A stretch of 64,000 nucleotides of DNA from Psammoneis japonica (lineage: Eukaryota). The notes below the pieces were generated by a model. It saw nothing but the letters and a program-made list of their open reading frames with translations. It had not been told where the DNA came from and did not search any database. The translations under genes were made by a program, and so were the position numbers. Where the stretch lies: NCBI GenBank assembly GCA_008632985.1, contig QPGO01000020.1, positions 682,001 to 746,000 on the forward strand, read 5' to 3'. Positions 25,960 to 38,199 of this stretch are shown here, piece by piece (the first letter of the stretch is position 1; each line of letters begins with the position of its first letter).

Positions 25960-27500
25960 TGTTTTTTAAGCAACATGTGTGGCTCATTCTGTCCACATTT
26001 TCAACACTTGTTGAGAACAGTTTCATTTGTTTTTTTCCCTTCCATTTGTCAGATCTCTTCCTTTGTTTGAGTTGCCTGTGTGGCTCACATGAGAGTTTTC
26101 TCTGTGTGCTGCAGTGTGCTGGTTCAATCTGTTGTGACAAAAGGAAGTGAGCTCAGCAACATGTTTCTGAAAGGCACTCCAGCAAGCTTTGCGCAATGCA
26201 TCAATTGACAAGACTCTTGAAACACAGCACCTCATGAGACATTGCTCTTTGACAAAGCCATCATCATCATTGCAGAGCTGATTTCCAGTGCTTGAAGCCC
26301 AGCAGAGAGAGCTGCCTGCCCCACTCACCAAGTCCTGGATCAAACCCTCCTTTCTTGGCCAGCTGGCGCTGACTGTGCTTGTCGATTCTTGCTGCTGCTC
26401 ATGCTCCATGTTCTTCCATGAAGCAGATGCTTCCTGGACCATTGCAAAGTGCTCAGCTTGAAGCTGCACATTGTTCCATGCGACAGAAGAGTTCCAGCTG
26501 GCTGTCTTTGTTCATTTTTTTGCTGGCAGCATTTTCTGCAGTTTGGCCAATCTTGGAGGCATTGGCTGCTTGAAATTGCCTCTTTGCAGACAATGTGAAC
26601 AATTGAAGCCATGCTCTGATTTGATTTGGTTGGAGCTGGCATGTTCACAGGATCTGATGTCCAGCTGCTTGCGGCTCCTCAGGAACTTGCACAAATTTTG
26701 GACACCTGACAACTGCCCAGGACACTCGCTGCAAGTCACAGAGGATGGCATTCAAGCCATTGATTGAAACTTTTGAATGAATTGACGCAGACAAATTGAG
26801 TCAATTTGATTGTCACAGATGATTGTGACAAGCAAGGATTGCCGTGCTTGCTTTTGTTTGTGACATGGAAAACAAAACCCAAGAAAGAGTGCATGTGCGC
26901 CTCTCTCTGTCACCATCCAAGTCATGGGTGTCTGCAGAATGCACTCCACTTTGGACCTTCTTGCTGCAGTGTCCAACACAGGAGAAACAAAGAAATTGAA
27001 TGAAAAGTTCAGATGACAATCAAAGGCATTGAATGAAGATGCCTTTCTTTGGGGCACACACCTCGTCCTCATGACCACAATGATGTTTTAACACACTCTC
27101 CAGGCATTCCTCACACTTGGTGCCAAATGTTGCCACCGCTGCAACCAATCCCATGGCGGACTTGAGTTGTGTTGTGTGCCTGCATTTTGGAAAGAAAAAG
27201 AGTTGATTCCATGTGTTGTGAGCATTTTTGTCAAAAACAAGTGCGGCAATGTCCACGCGGATGTGACCCAAAAGCATTGTGTTGAGTCACCTGTGCAGCT
27301 CATTTTGTTCTCATTTTGAACTCTTGTTGAGAGCTGCTTCATTTGTTTCCCCCCACCCCTCTGTTTGTCAGATCTCTGCCTTTGTGTTCAAGTTGCCTCT
27401 GTGGCTCATTTTGTCCTCATTTTTGACCTTCAGGAACAGCTTCATTTGTTTTCTTTTCTTTCCATTTTGTCAGCCCTCTGCCTTTGCTTTGCTCTGTCTC
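25960..27500. repeat. Degenerate ~110-bp direct repeats at ~25960-26090 and ~27290-27500 flanking a 1.2-kb decayed segment
   Basis: Shared cttgttgaga...ttcatttgttt...tttgtcagatctct...gttgcct.tgtggctca. Confidence 0.65.
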
Positions 27501-27621
27501 TGCTGTGCCTGTCCTCATTTCATGCTGGATGCTGCACAACTCATCCTCCAATCTGACACTCACCAACAACAATGGTGCGCCCCTGTCACAATTCACTTTG
27601 TTGTCCTGGCTGCTGGATGTG

Positions 27622-27645
27622 CAACAACAACAACAACAACAACAA

Positions 27646-27696
<51 letters not shown>
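27622..27696. repeat. Compound microsatellite (CAA)n(CAG)n(CAA)n
   Basis: Direct reading. Confidence 0.95.
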
Positions 27697-27699
<3 letters not shown>

Positions 27700-28424
27700 T
27701 GCTCTCCAAAAACATTTTCAAAAGCATCTTCAGCATTTTTCTTTCTCCATTTTGGCCTGAACCCTGATGACAACTTTGGGAAGCACACCCCCAGTGCTGC
27801 AGGAAGAGAAGTGCTGGGAACAGCAGGAAGAGCAGCTCAGATTTAAACTTGCAAAGGCATGGTTTTTGCATCTCATGAAGTGAGCAATGGCACCACTGCT
27901 TGGAAAGCCAGCCACTGTTGCTGCAAATGAAGAGACAATGGCCAGAGTGTGTCAGCCATGCATCCTCAGTTCCAGGGTTCATGGGGAGTCTTCCTCTGCT
28001 CTGGACAGAACAAGACTTGTCAGACAGAATTGGAAGGATTGCATCTCCAATTGGACATTCTGGTGAAGCAAAATCAATGGGAATCCATTTGTGAAGAAAT
28101 TTTTGAGAGGGCACCCTTCTTTGGAGAGCAAACATCATTGAACACTTTTCTCTGGGCAAACTTGTTGATTGACGGTCCTTGTTGTTGTGCAAGTGATGCA
28201 CAGTTCAAAGACAAGGAAGAGCAGAAAGTGGAGCAACCACCTGCACTGGCTCCATTGGCAGACATGCTGAGTCACAAGTCTGGGTTGGATCCAACAACAC
28301 GCAACTGGAGAGTTGAGTGAGACACAAAAGCCTTTGCAGTCCAAGTTGCGGAGGGTGGGCCAACTGTGGGATCAGAAGCGTGCCAGTCTTGTGGCCTCCA
28401 TTTGAACTCTCACTGCCTGCCCCA

Positions 28425-29205
28425 TTGCTCTTCTGTGCAAGCACCCGCTGGCAACCCCTTGTGTGTTTCTGTGCGTGTTCTCACACTGACGATGTTGCCA
28501 TCATCAGACAGTGTTGGCTTGGCTCCAACAGGCCCATTCTGTCCATGTTCACCAGTGGTGCACCCTTGTTGCAGCATGACAAGCAAAGTTCATCAGTGCA
28601 AAATGACAAGTGTTCTGCACAGGCTCCATTGCAAATTCTGCGTGGATCCACAGATGCTGCTGATGATCTGCGTGTCACTTCCCCAGCATGCTTTTGTCCT
28701 TGCCAATCAGTCCTCAACACCACCTCCTTTCCTTGCCATGCAATCAAGTCCTTCACTCTTTGTGGTGCAAGCGCCACTTCTGTGTTGGCCCTTTTCAGCA
28801 AGAACATTGGCTGTCTTTTGGAGTCATTTGATTGTTGTCCATTTGCCACTCCCGTTGGTTTTTCTGTGCAAGATCTGGTGTTGTTTCTACATGTCACCAC
28901 TGACTGTCTGTGTGTCACTTCTCTGGACCATTTTCATCCTTGCCAGTTGGTCTTCAACCACATTCCTTTTCTCCACCATGCAATCAAGTGCTTTGCTCTT
29001 TGTGGTGAATGCGCCACTTCTGTTGCGGCCCTTTTCAGCAAGAATGCAAGTCATCCTGTGGCGCCATTTGATTGTCTTTGGTTTGCTGCTCCCATCAGCT
29101 TCATTGTTTCTGTGTGCCACAAATGATTTCTCTGATGACCTGCTTGTCTCACCTTTAAGGCTCCTTTTGTGGACCATTTTAAAAACCTGTTTGAGTGCAA
29201 TTGTC
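28425..29205. repeat. Dispersed repeat copy 2 (homologous to 16226-17060)
   Basis: Starts tgctcttctgtgcaagc.cccgctggcaacc as at 16226 and has the same internal ~240-bp duplication. Confidence 0.85.
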
Positions 29206-31500
29206 TGCTTTTTTGCCCGCTTGATTCAATTGTTCTTGCTCAACTTTCTTGAGCCTCTTCCACACACAATCCACACTTCTAAGATTTGTCTGTTGGCCGC
29301 TCACAAAGCTTCATTCTCTCTGAAGCCCTGTGTGCTGATCAAAGCTTTCAGGATCAAGATTGAGCAGATGTGATGACTCTAGTGCACCACACGTGAAACA
29401 GATGGAAACTTCGGCCACGGACACAAAAGCCAGTTGGCAGGGCCCTTTTGATGAAGAACATGATTGGCAGAACTCAGGAGCTGCTCATTTGTGCCAAAGG
29501 GCTCCAAATCAACATCCTGGAGTTCATCGTCATTTTGTTGTCAACTTGTGCACGGCACTTGTCCTCTGCAAGTGGCGTGCCTTCTTGCTGTTTGGAGGCA
29601 GGATCTTGGGCACAAGGGTGGGTGACAAAAGTGCACTCCATTGGAACAAAAGTCACTTGAGCAACCATGTCATGATGAAAACACCAAATTGTCCTCCTGA
29701 GGGTGCAAGGCAGCACTGCTGATTGCCAACAATGCACCCAAGATGAGCTCATTGACATGTGTTTCCATTTGCGGCACAACCTTGCTCATGAACAAATCAC
29801 CTGAAAAGCCAGTGTGCCAGACTCAGACTTGCTTGATGAGTTGAGTTTAAAGATTGAGTTGCAAAGCCTTCCCATCCATGAAAATTCAAAATGGGCTTGG
29901 CCACCTCTCTTGCTTTTGGATGCAGGCCAGACTTGCCAAGACATGAAAGGTTGAAAAAGGGCAGGCATTTCTTGAGTGATCATGTTGCTGGAGCCACCTG
30001 AAAAATGGCTTGGTTGTGCCACAAGCCCTTCTTGCTGAAGTGCCACCTGCACAGCTGGGGTGCAGCGCTGGTGCTGTTGTGTGCCTGTGCTTCTCATGGG
30101 GCAATGAAAGACTCAAAAATGAATCATGCAGGGCCAGTTTGGTCTCAATGCTTGCACTCAGAAGCAAAATTGGGTTGATGATGGACCTCTGATCATGGAT
30201 TCTCAAGCACCGCTGGCAAAGTGGCTGAGCTCTGTTCCTGAGATCATGTGCGTGCTTCCTGCTTGGCAAGCTTTGAGCTTGGTCTTGTTGATGAGCAGTG
30301 CTCAAATGTGCCGTGCATTCAATGAGGGGTTTTGCACCATCCTGCTGCTGAAAACAATGAGCTTGAAATTTCTGTCATTCTTGCTCTTTGTCAAGTTTGT
30401 GACAGCCAAATGGTGGCGGGTGTGCTGAAGAAAGCAGTGCTGCTGGAGTCCACACTGCTCTGCAGGACACTGCAACTGAGGTGCTGGAAAGCATCTGAAA
30501 CAAGACCCAGACAAATCGTGATTTCTTGGCGGGACAATGATGACACACCTTGCAAGCAAGTTCCAAAACAAGCAAAGCAAATGCATTTCTGTGCTTCCCA
30601 CATTGTCCATGTTTTTGGCCAAGAAGAACCAAGAATTGAGTGGCCGGCCAGCTCCTCCTCCAACTGATTAAAAAGCATGAGAAATGATGCATTTCTTCAT
30701 GCAAGAACCACATTTGTTTTGGCTTGAAAGAATTCACACATGAGCTCTGGTGCATCAGGAACAAAGAGCTCTCCAAACAGCTTGTGAGCATGAAATGCAG
30801 CAAGTGCCATGTTCTTGCGGATGTGCTGACTGAGTTGTTTGAGACATGCCTTGATGGAGAAGGGACATGAGCAGACCAAGAATCTCCTCATCCCTCACCT
30901 TGCAAAGAAAATGAAGCATGCTGTCATGCATGCATTCATTCTGGTGGCTCAAACAGCCCACAAGTGCGCCCCACATCGTGAAGGAGGAGAAGCAGCCGCC
31001 AAAGAACACACACTTTTCATCTTGCTTGCACTGGTTCTTGGCACTTGGGCACAACCTCCCAGCAAAGCATGCATGCTGAACCAAATCACATGATTGAGTT
31101 TGGAGCTGAGCAAACAAGTCAACGCAACTTTGTGCTGTGTGCTCCACATGTTGTTGTTCTTGCAGAGATGTGGCACTTCTTTCTCTTGCTTTTCTTTTGC
31201 GTGTCATGCAAATGAGCTGGAAGAAGAATGCTTCTTGTTTGTGGGTGTTCCTTGGATAGATTAAGCTTTAGGTCTTGGCGGCTCATTGATGGGATGTGAT
31301 GCTGCTGTGGTTGGGTTGCGGCGCCGTGCTGCTACAGTCAGAAAAAAAAATAGCGAGACGGACGAACGACTGAGTCTGTCAGCTGGCGGGCTTTGCGAAT
31401 ACAGCTTGCCCGCGCGCAATTCGCGTGCAATTATTTGCCACGTCATCGAGTGTCACCTTTTTTTCTCATTTTCTCACAATCCTCGCAAATAAGTGACACC

Positions 31501-32850
31501 ATGGCGGCGACGGCAAACGGCGCCGACAGCAATGGCGAGTTGGATCAAACGCATCAACATGTGTGGATATGGGAACCAGAAAACCATACGGGAGGCGTCC
31601 TTACACAAGCTGGTCTGGAAAACATTGCAAATCACAAGTACAAACCCGGTAGTTACACGCCACTCGATAATTTCTTGAATCCCTATTGGTCGGCTCTCAC
31701 CGAGATGCTGCCCACGTGGTTGGCACCCAACATGGTGACCACTTTGGGTGGACTGCATTGTGGATTGGCGTACTTGATATCGTGGCATTATAGTCCCAAC
31801 TTTGATGCAGACGTGCCGTCTTGGGTGGTGTTTCTCAACGGAGCCTGTACGGTGATTTACTACACCATGGATTGTATGGATGGCAAGCAAGCAAGGCGAA
31901 CGGGAACGTCATCGCCTCTTGGTCAACTGTTTGATCATGGATTTGATTGTATATGCAACTTGGCGCACTTGTCCTCTGTCAGTTGCTATCTCATGACAGG
32001 CGGGACGTACTATTTCATTGTGATGCAGACGTCTCTGCAGTTCTCCTTTTTCATGGCGCAATGGGAAGAGTACTATACAGGTGTGTTACCCCATGCCACT
32101 GGAAATATCGGCGTGACAGAGGTAAGAGACTTATTAGTAGAATTGTGGTATCGACTATAATATACCTTCCTTTTCTTCTCAATCGTGGCTCATTGTATCT
32201 CGTCATCACGCCAGGTCTGTTATGGTCTGGGCTTTTTTGCCATTCTCAATTCCTTTATCGACCGGAAGGCATTCTGGACTCAAACATTGGGCTCGATCAT
32301 TTCCGTGGATTCATCGAGTCTCGGAGAAAGCTCCTCTTTGGTATCAGTAGTTATGAATACTGAAATCCGACACGCCCTTCTTTGGGCATGGGCCGTGTTC
32401 ACAATTGCAATGTGTCTCTTGTCACTCGGTCGGGTATGGAAGCATTTGGATAGCCATCGAGTGAGACTGTCTGCTTTATCCAAGCTTTTGAGTCCAGCAT
32501 TGTTATGTATGGTTGGCTTTGGTCTTCCAAAGTACATGCTTGTCGACCATACAAGAGACATTTCAGTCGCTTTGGGATTGGTATTTTCGCTCTTGACGAA
32601 AAAGATTATTGTCTTTAGCATGGCCAAAATGGCATTTGCAACCTTGCAGTTAGATGTAATGCCATTGATACTCTTGACCTTGTGGTTGCGTTTGGATCCG
32701 TACGTGACGGAGCTTGGAGGATGCTTTGTCTTGTCGGTCTTGTGCTTTTTTCACGCCTATCGGTTGCTCTCGTGGGCGCAAGTGGCAATTGGTCAAATCT
32801 GCGACCGACTCGGGATTTATTGCTTTACCATTAAGAAGAAAGCATCATGA
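31501..32850 (+). CDS. Choline/ethanolamine phosphotransferase (CDP-alcohol phosphatidyltransferase, AAPT/CEPT family); exons 31501-32121 and 32215-32850
   Basis: WLAPNMVT, the signature DCMDGKQARRTGTSSPLGQLFDHGFD, and WEEYYTG; in-frame GT-AG intron 32122-32214; multiple TM segments. Confidence 0.93.
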
Positions 32851-34126
32851 GCTGCATGTTGTAATGAGTTATAATGATATGTTGTACGTGCACTTGCTTA
32901 CTTACTTGTATCTCATTACATTGGAATAGGTGCCTGGGTTAAAACTTGGCCGTCCTTACTCTCGGTGACGCCGGAGGTGATAGGCGGGGCGGCTTCATTG
33001 CAACTTAAAAGGAACGATGTCTTTCTCAGCTCTAGGTGTAGGCTTGTCATTTCTTTAGTGTAAGTAATAGGTACATATGCCTCATTGTATGCTCGGTATG
33101 TGATCATTGCCAGCCAATAGTCCTCCAAAACATGTATCAACGAGCACTTTCATAATATGGATAGAACATTATAGACTCACTCACAATGTATGCGTGAGCG
33201 AGCATAACTCTCTCCAATGTGAGTTAGTTATGCATCCATTTTGACAGCAAGCCTCATCCCATGCTGTACACTAAACACACCGTCATCATACAATAGAGCG
33301 TCGTTCAATCCCGTGTTGGGCTAGTCGCACCAATTATTAAATAGTGTTTGTCCAAGAGGTGCTAGGTATGAAAATCGCATGCTCCAAACAGTCTTCTTAG
33401 CGGGATACACTCTAGTCGTAAATTTAAAATTGTTGTTACTAGGAGAGTTGTCTGAACTTTAATGAGAGAAAGCTTTTGGACGCTCCATGTCTAATCTAAG
33501 TCTCCCGGAGTACTACAGTAGAGAGGGACATTTTGTTGCTATACTCTCTGCAAACACCATTCTTCCTCCCCACCGTCGTGCCATCTCGCAATCCACTCAT
33601 ACTGGTGAGGGTAAACGTTCGTCTCGAGGCGAGAATCGATATCAACCAAGTCGGGTTATTTTTGGATTTGTAAATCGCAACCAACTACTCAAATTGACCA
33701 AGAGCATCCCGGTCACTTGCTGTTTGGAGAGTGATTTGTCATCCAAAATGGTTTGAATGAGTTCCGACAAGGTTAATCCACAAATAAATGCAGGTCCTGG
33801 TGTACAAGTACGCGTTTCGTCCTTTACTCACGGTTTGCAATCCCTTTTGCGACGGCGCACAGGCGAGGCCCGACAAGAAGGAAGCAAAGAAGCACGGCGC
33901 AAAGCCATGCAAGTTCAGTTCAATCTACAAAGAAGCAAAGAAATATATAGAAAGGTTCATGCACAGCGCTCACAGGCAGTCGCTCCACACTGTATCGCGT
34001 TCCGTTGTTGTTACCTGACAGAAACCAAAAGCCTCCCTGTATTCGTCATACCGGCGGCAGCGATCTCGCTCAATCTCTCGTAGGAGAGGTCCGGTCGGTC
34101 GGTCCTCGAGCTATTGCTCTCCATCG

Positions 34127-34600
34127 TTATGCTTTGATTTTTTTTTTTTGAAACCTGTGGACAAGATGGACACCGTGTACAAAAGGGTGTGCTTGAGCAC
34201 TTAGCGATCCATGGACAAGCGTACCAAGGTGCACCAAGAACGACATATCCGGTGTAATGAATGTATCAAGGTTTGTATCCACTTTCACGTCAACGTCAGC
34301 GTAGAAAACTTCATCTCTTCGGAGCACTAGATATCGGAAAAAGTCAGCATAAATGAGAACAGTACGTGCATCAGCATGTTCGACAATGGAATTCTGAGGG
34401 AAGAAGCGGTAGAAACGAGCGTGCATGCCTTGTATGCTCCTGGAACCAAAGCATAAAGCATCAACAAGTCGCTTCGGGGAATGCTTCACGATGTAGTCTC
34501 GGGCGCTCTTATCGGTGTAGAACCTATTTTCCCATCCAGAAGTAGTCTTCCACGTGTTTTGCAACCGCGCAAACCTCTACCTGCTGTGTCCACGGAAAAA
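34127..34600 (-). pseudogene. Glycosyltransferase (DXD sugar-binding, GT32-like) remnant
   Basis: TWK..SGWENRFYTD..AR, ADFFRYLVL and FYADVD motifs, interrupted and without a proper start or end. Confidence 0.65.
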
Positions 34601-35132
34601 TCTTCCAAGGACGTCTATCAGCGGCTTGTTGGAAAATATCGACACTTCTTGCGAACAGGTCCCCCCTTGCACCGCCGCGAATAAACACAGTAGTAGTAGT
34701 AGTCTAGGAACTCGAGTGTTCACGGTAAGATAGGGCTCTCTACTCCAGATGATGCAATGATAAGCGATGATAGCGGCTCTTACTGATTTTTTGCCTTCAC
34801 GCTCCAGACAACCTCCACGGCATTAACCAACAAGATATCCGTCATCTTTCGAACTAGTATTGGCAAAGATGATCATACGGCATCAAGACGCAGGATTACA
34901 AATCACGACAAAAAAGATGACTCTCAGTTTCGGTCTTGTTTTTTCTTAGCTTACGATCTCCACCTGCCCATTTTTAACCGCTGATGATTCATCACATTAT
35001 GAGTCATCTCCTTGAAATGGACAAGTGGAGACCGATGCCGTGCCATCCTGAGACGCGTAGGGCCTAGCGTTGCGACCGACGGTGTTCGTCATGGTGTCTG
35101 GCTGCGGTGCGCATGCAGAGCATGAGCGAGCC

Positions 35133-35268
35133 GCGAGGTCTAATGCGAGGTCTAATGTTTTTTCGCGAGGTCGAATGCTTTTTTCGCGAGGTCTGTGTGC
35201 TACTTTCGCGAGGTCTAATGCATTTTTCGCGAGGTCCAACGGTTTTTTCAAAAGACCCCAGACCTCGC
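35133..35268. repeat. Array of six direct GCGAGGTC motifs plus one inverted copy
   Basis: Copies at 35133, 35145, 35165, 35186, 35208 and 35229; inverted GACCTCGC at 35261. Confidence 0.9.
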
Positions 35269-35328
35269 AACTCTACACTTGCTCACGTGCCCACCAACAA
35301 CTCGAGCGACACTGAACACTGTGAGACC

Positions 35329-35820
35329 ATGAGCGAAGCAGAAGCGACCGCAAGCAACAGCAAATGCAAGGTGTCCACTGCTCCACTGGATGGCCGTGTC
35401 TGTGATTTGTGCAGAATGTCCAGCCATTGGATCCAACAGTGTTCCAAAAAGAAGCGAAAAAAGAAAAAGACATCACATTGCTGTGCCTGGCGTCAACCCT
35501 TCTGCAGTGGACATTGCATGTGCAAGAGAGTTGCAAAAGATCAGGCCTCCCAAGTGCTTTTGTGGAGAAACGTCCTGGCTGAAAAAGGCCAGGAAAAGTG
35601 AGGTTGGCAGTGAGCAATCGCTGGCCAACGGTGTGTGCTTTTTCTTCTGCGCCAAGAAATGAGACGACGTGACCAAGTGCCGATTTGCAAGACCTGTGCA
35701 AGACGAGATCATGCCAAAGAATCAGCAACTGGTGTGTGCTTTCTTTGCCAAGAATGGGAAATGCAAAAAGGGCGACAATTGTGTGTTTGGCTGCAATGGG
35801 AGCTTGAGGACGCCAACAGC
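35329..35820 (+). pseudogene. Zinc-finger gene remnant (CCHC knuckle + GRF-like finger + CCCH finger)
   Basis: CDLC...HWIQQC; after a frameshift, CFCG...FFFCAKK*...CRF; then CAFFAKNGKCKKGDNC. One frameshift and one in-frame TGA; no Tyr. Confidence 0.7.
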
Positions 35821-38199
35821 CCACCATGAGAAAGATGATGAAATGCAAAGTGGCAGTGGCCACAGTGGCAATGAGAAGCAAGCAGGCATTGATGACAGCA
35901 GTGTTGCCAAAAAAGAGGTGGCCAGCAATCGCACAGTGGCACCAGCAGCACTGCCAGTGGCAGCTGCAGTGGCAGTGCGTTCTCTTCATCAAGCGCAGAC
36001 ACTGAGGACGATGATCAGCAGCTCCAGTCATTTCCTGTTCCCAAGCTGATTCAATTGCTGCAAGCCTTCCTGTCAAATTGTTGTGACATTCTTTGCTCAA
36101 GTGGGCTGTTGTGGTCTGATGATTTCTTCATTGACGTCGATCCTTGTTGCTCATCTTGGACAGAAGTTGACCCACATGCCCTTCTTTTTCTTTTCTCTGG
36201 TTTCGGCTGCTCCGTGTAAAGCAGGATGCTTGCTGCCTTCCGTGGAACCATGGGAACAGAGCGGTTGAGAGTGGCCACCTGCACGCACTTGCAAGAACTG
36301 ACAACACACACCTTTTGGAAGCGGTGGTTGCAATGTTTTGCAATGAAAGCCAGTTAAATCACGGAGGCCACGGTGATCAACCATTGGAGAAAGGCAACTA
36401 AAAGCCACGTTGACACCCGGCGCACTTTCAATCTCACTGTTTTAAAATCAAAATGTGGCTGCAATGAAGACAAAAAGAAGTGAGTGCGCGGGGTCATTGA
36501 GGCACAAGCACGGCACTTGCCAACTGTGGAGCTGCAGTCATCAGCACGAACTGTTCCGCTGGCGCTCCTTTCTTTGCTGCACACATGTGAGTGGCAGTCA
36601 TCCTTCTGCAGAGAGGGTGAGTTGCAGCCCAACACTGCAAGACTGCTTGGCCATTGTCAAATTTTGGTCACTTGAAGCCAGAGCGCCAATTGGAGTTGCA
36701 TCTTGGGTCTGCTAGAAGCAATCTGATGCCTTGCAAGAGAGGAGAGTGCTTGAGGTGCACTGCGAGCATCCAACCTTCAAAATGGCCTTTTCACTTGCCA
36801 CATGTCTTGTTAAATTGATGAAACTGAAGCTGTGGTGCAGATGCATCAACTCATGCTCTCAAGAAACTTGAGTGATTTGAGTGAAAGGTGCTTGGTGGAG
36901 CTTTTGGAGAGGTGCAAGCTTCCAACGATCACATTCATCAATCAAGCTTTGAGCAAGATTCACTCAATGAATGTTCCGTGAGTGCAAGTGATCTGGCACT
37001 GGAGCAACGGGAACCTTTTTTGTGCAGGTTGTCCTTGCGCCAGCAATGCTTTGCAAGCAACATGGGTTGTCAAAGCTTGGAACACTGTTGTTGCTGCAAC
37101 CAACCAAGCAGCGGATCCTTGAGACAGCATTGCAGATTGTGGTGCTTTGTGAGCAGTGCAGTGCTCAATGGGGCTGGAACTTGCATGCATGGCTGCTGCC
37201 ACATGTTGGGCAGCATTGCAACAGCTCATCAAAGCTGTGGCAGGTTTTTTCTTTCTGGGCACAGCTGACCTTGTTGGGCTTCATAAATCTTGAGTGCAGA
37301 TTCAGCTGCTGATCTCAATGCCATCTTGGCGCAATGAGCTGCAGAATCTTGGAGCACTCATGCAATTCAACAATTGAGGATTGAAGCTTTGCATTGTTGT
37401 TTTCACCTTGGCTTTGTCTTCACTGAATGATGCAGTGTTGAGGCTGCATTTTGTGCAAGGCAACCCATGATCCTGAATGTCTTGTGACACAGACACCTGT
37501 TGGAGGTCAAGGGCACCATTCCAACGGAACAAGGGAGAGTGCAGAAATGCCAGCGGCGCTGTGTCCTTCAACCCTTTTGACTCAACAGAGCTTGAGCAGT
37601 TGCAAGAATTCTCTTGCTGCATGACAAACCACTTGGAAGACTCTGATGACTGTGCTCTTGGGGCGGGGACTTGGGAAGACCACAGCAAGCTCTTTGAGCA
37701 CTTCTGCTGTCTGCATGCAGCCACAATGAACTGAGGTTGATGGGGCATCAATCCTTGTTAAAAGCCAAAGCCTTGCACCCCAATTGTGGTTGGATGCCTT
37801 GTGAGCCAGCTTGTGCAGCTGACCAAGATCACATCCTAGAGAAGACAAACAAAGTGCTTGGATTCAGATGGCTTGAATGGCAACCATGAGATGGAGGGAC
37901 AACAAGAGAAACACCATCACCAACATGAACCAGCTGTGGAAGACCTTGCTGACAAACAGCTCCTCCTTCTTGCATGCCTCCATTCACATCGTTTGTCCAA
38001 ACAGAGATCGAAGCTGAAAAAAGAGTGCAAGTTTTAAAGTGCAACTCAGTGAGATGGTCACAATTGCAAACACAACAAAACAGATCTTCAAACTCAGCTG
38101 ATGTGACAGGCCGGCAACACACAGCAGTGTCAAACCTGCAGGAGATCAGACATGATGCTCAGCGAGCAACTCAAACTCAAGCAGTCTGAACCACCTTGC

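Larger units (their letters stand above)
22740..31255. other. TpA-erased, CpG-poor decayed repeat block 3 (composite of several repeats)
   Basis: TA is nearly absent over 8.5 kb; the block contains dispersed repeat copies and a purine-skewed segment (23.7-24.5 kb). TA returns at ~31257. Confidence 0.9.

Noticed and set aside
27484..27846. PolyQ or polyC protein
   Set aside because: Translation of a microsatellite in non-coding repeat DNA.
35133..35240. Possible CRISPR-like array
   Set aside because: The core is 8 bp with ~13-bp similar spacers in a eukaryotic context, and there are no cas genes.
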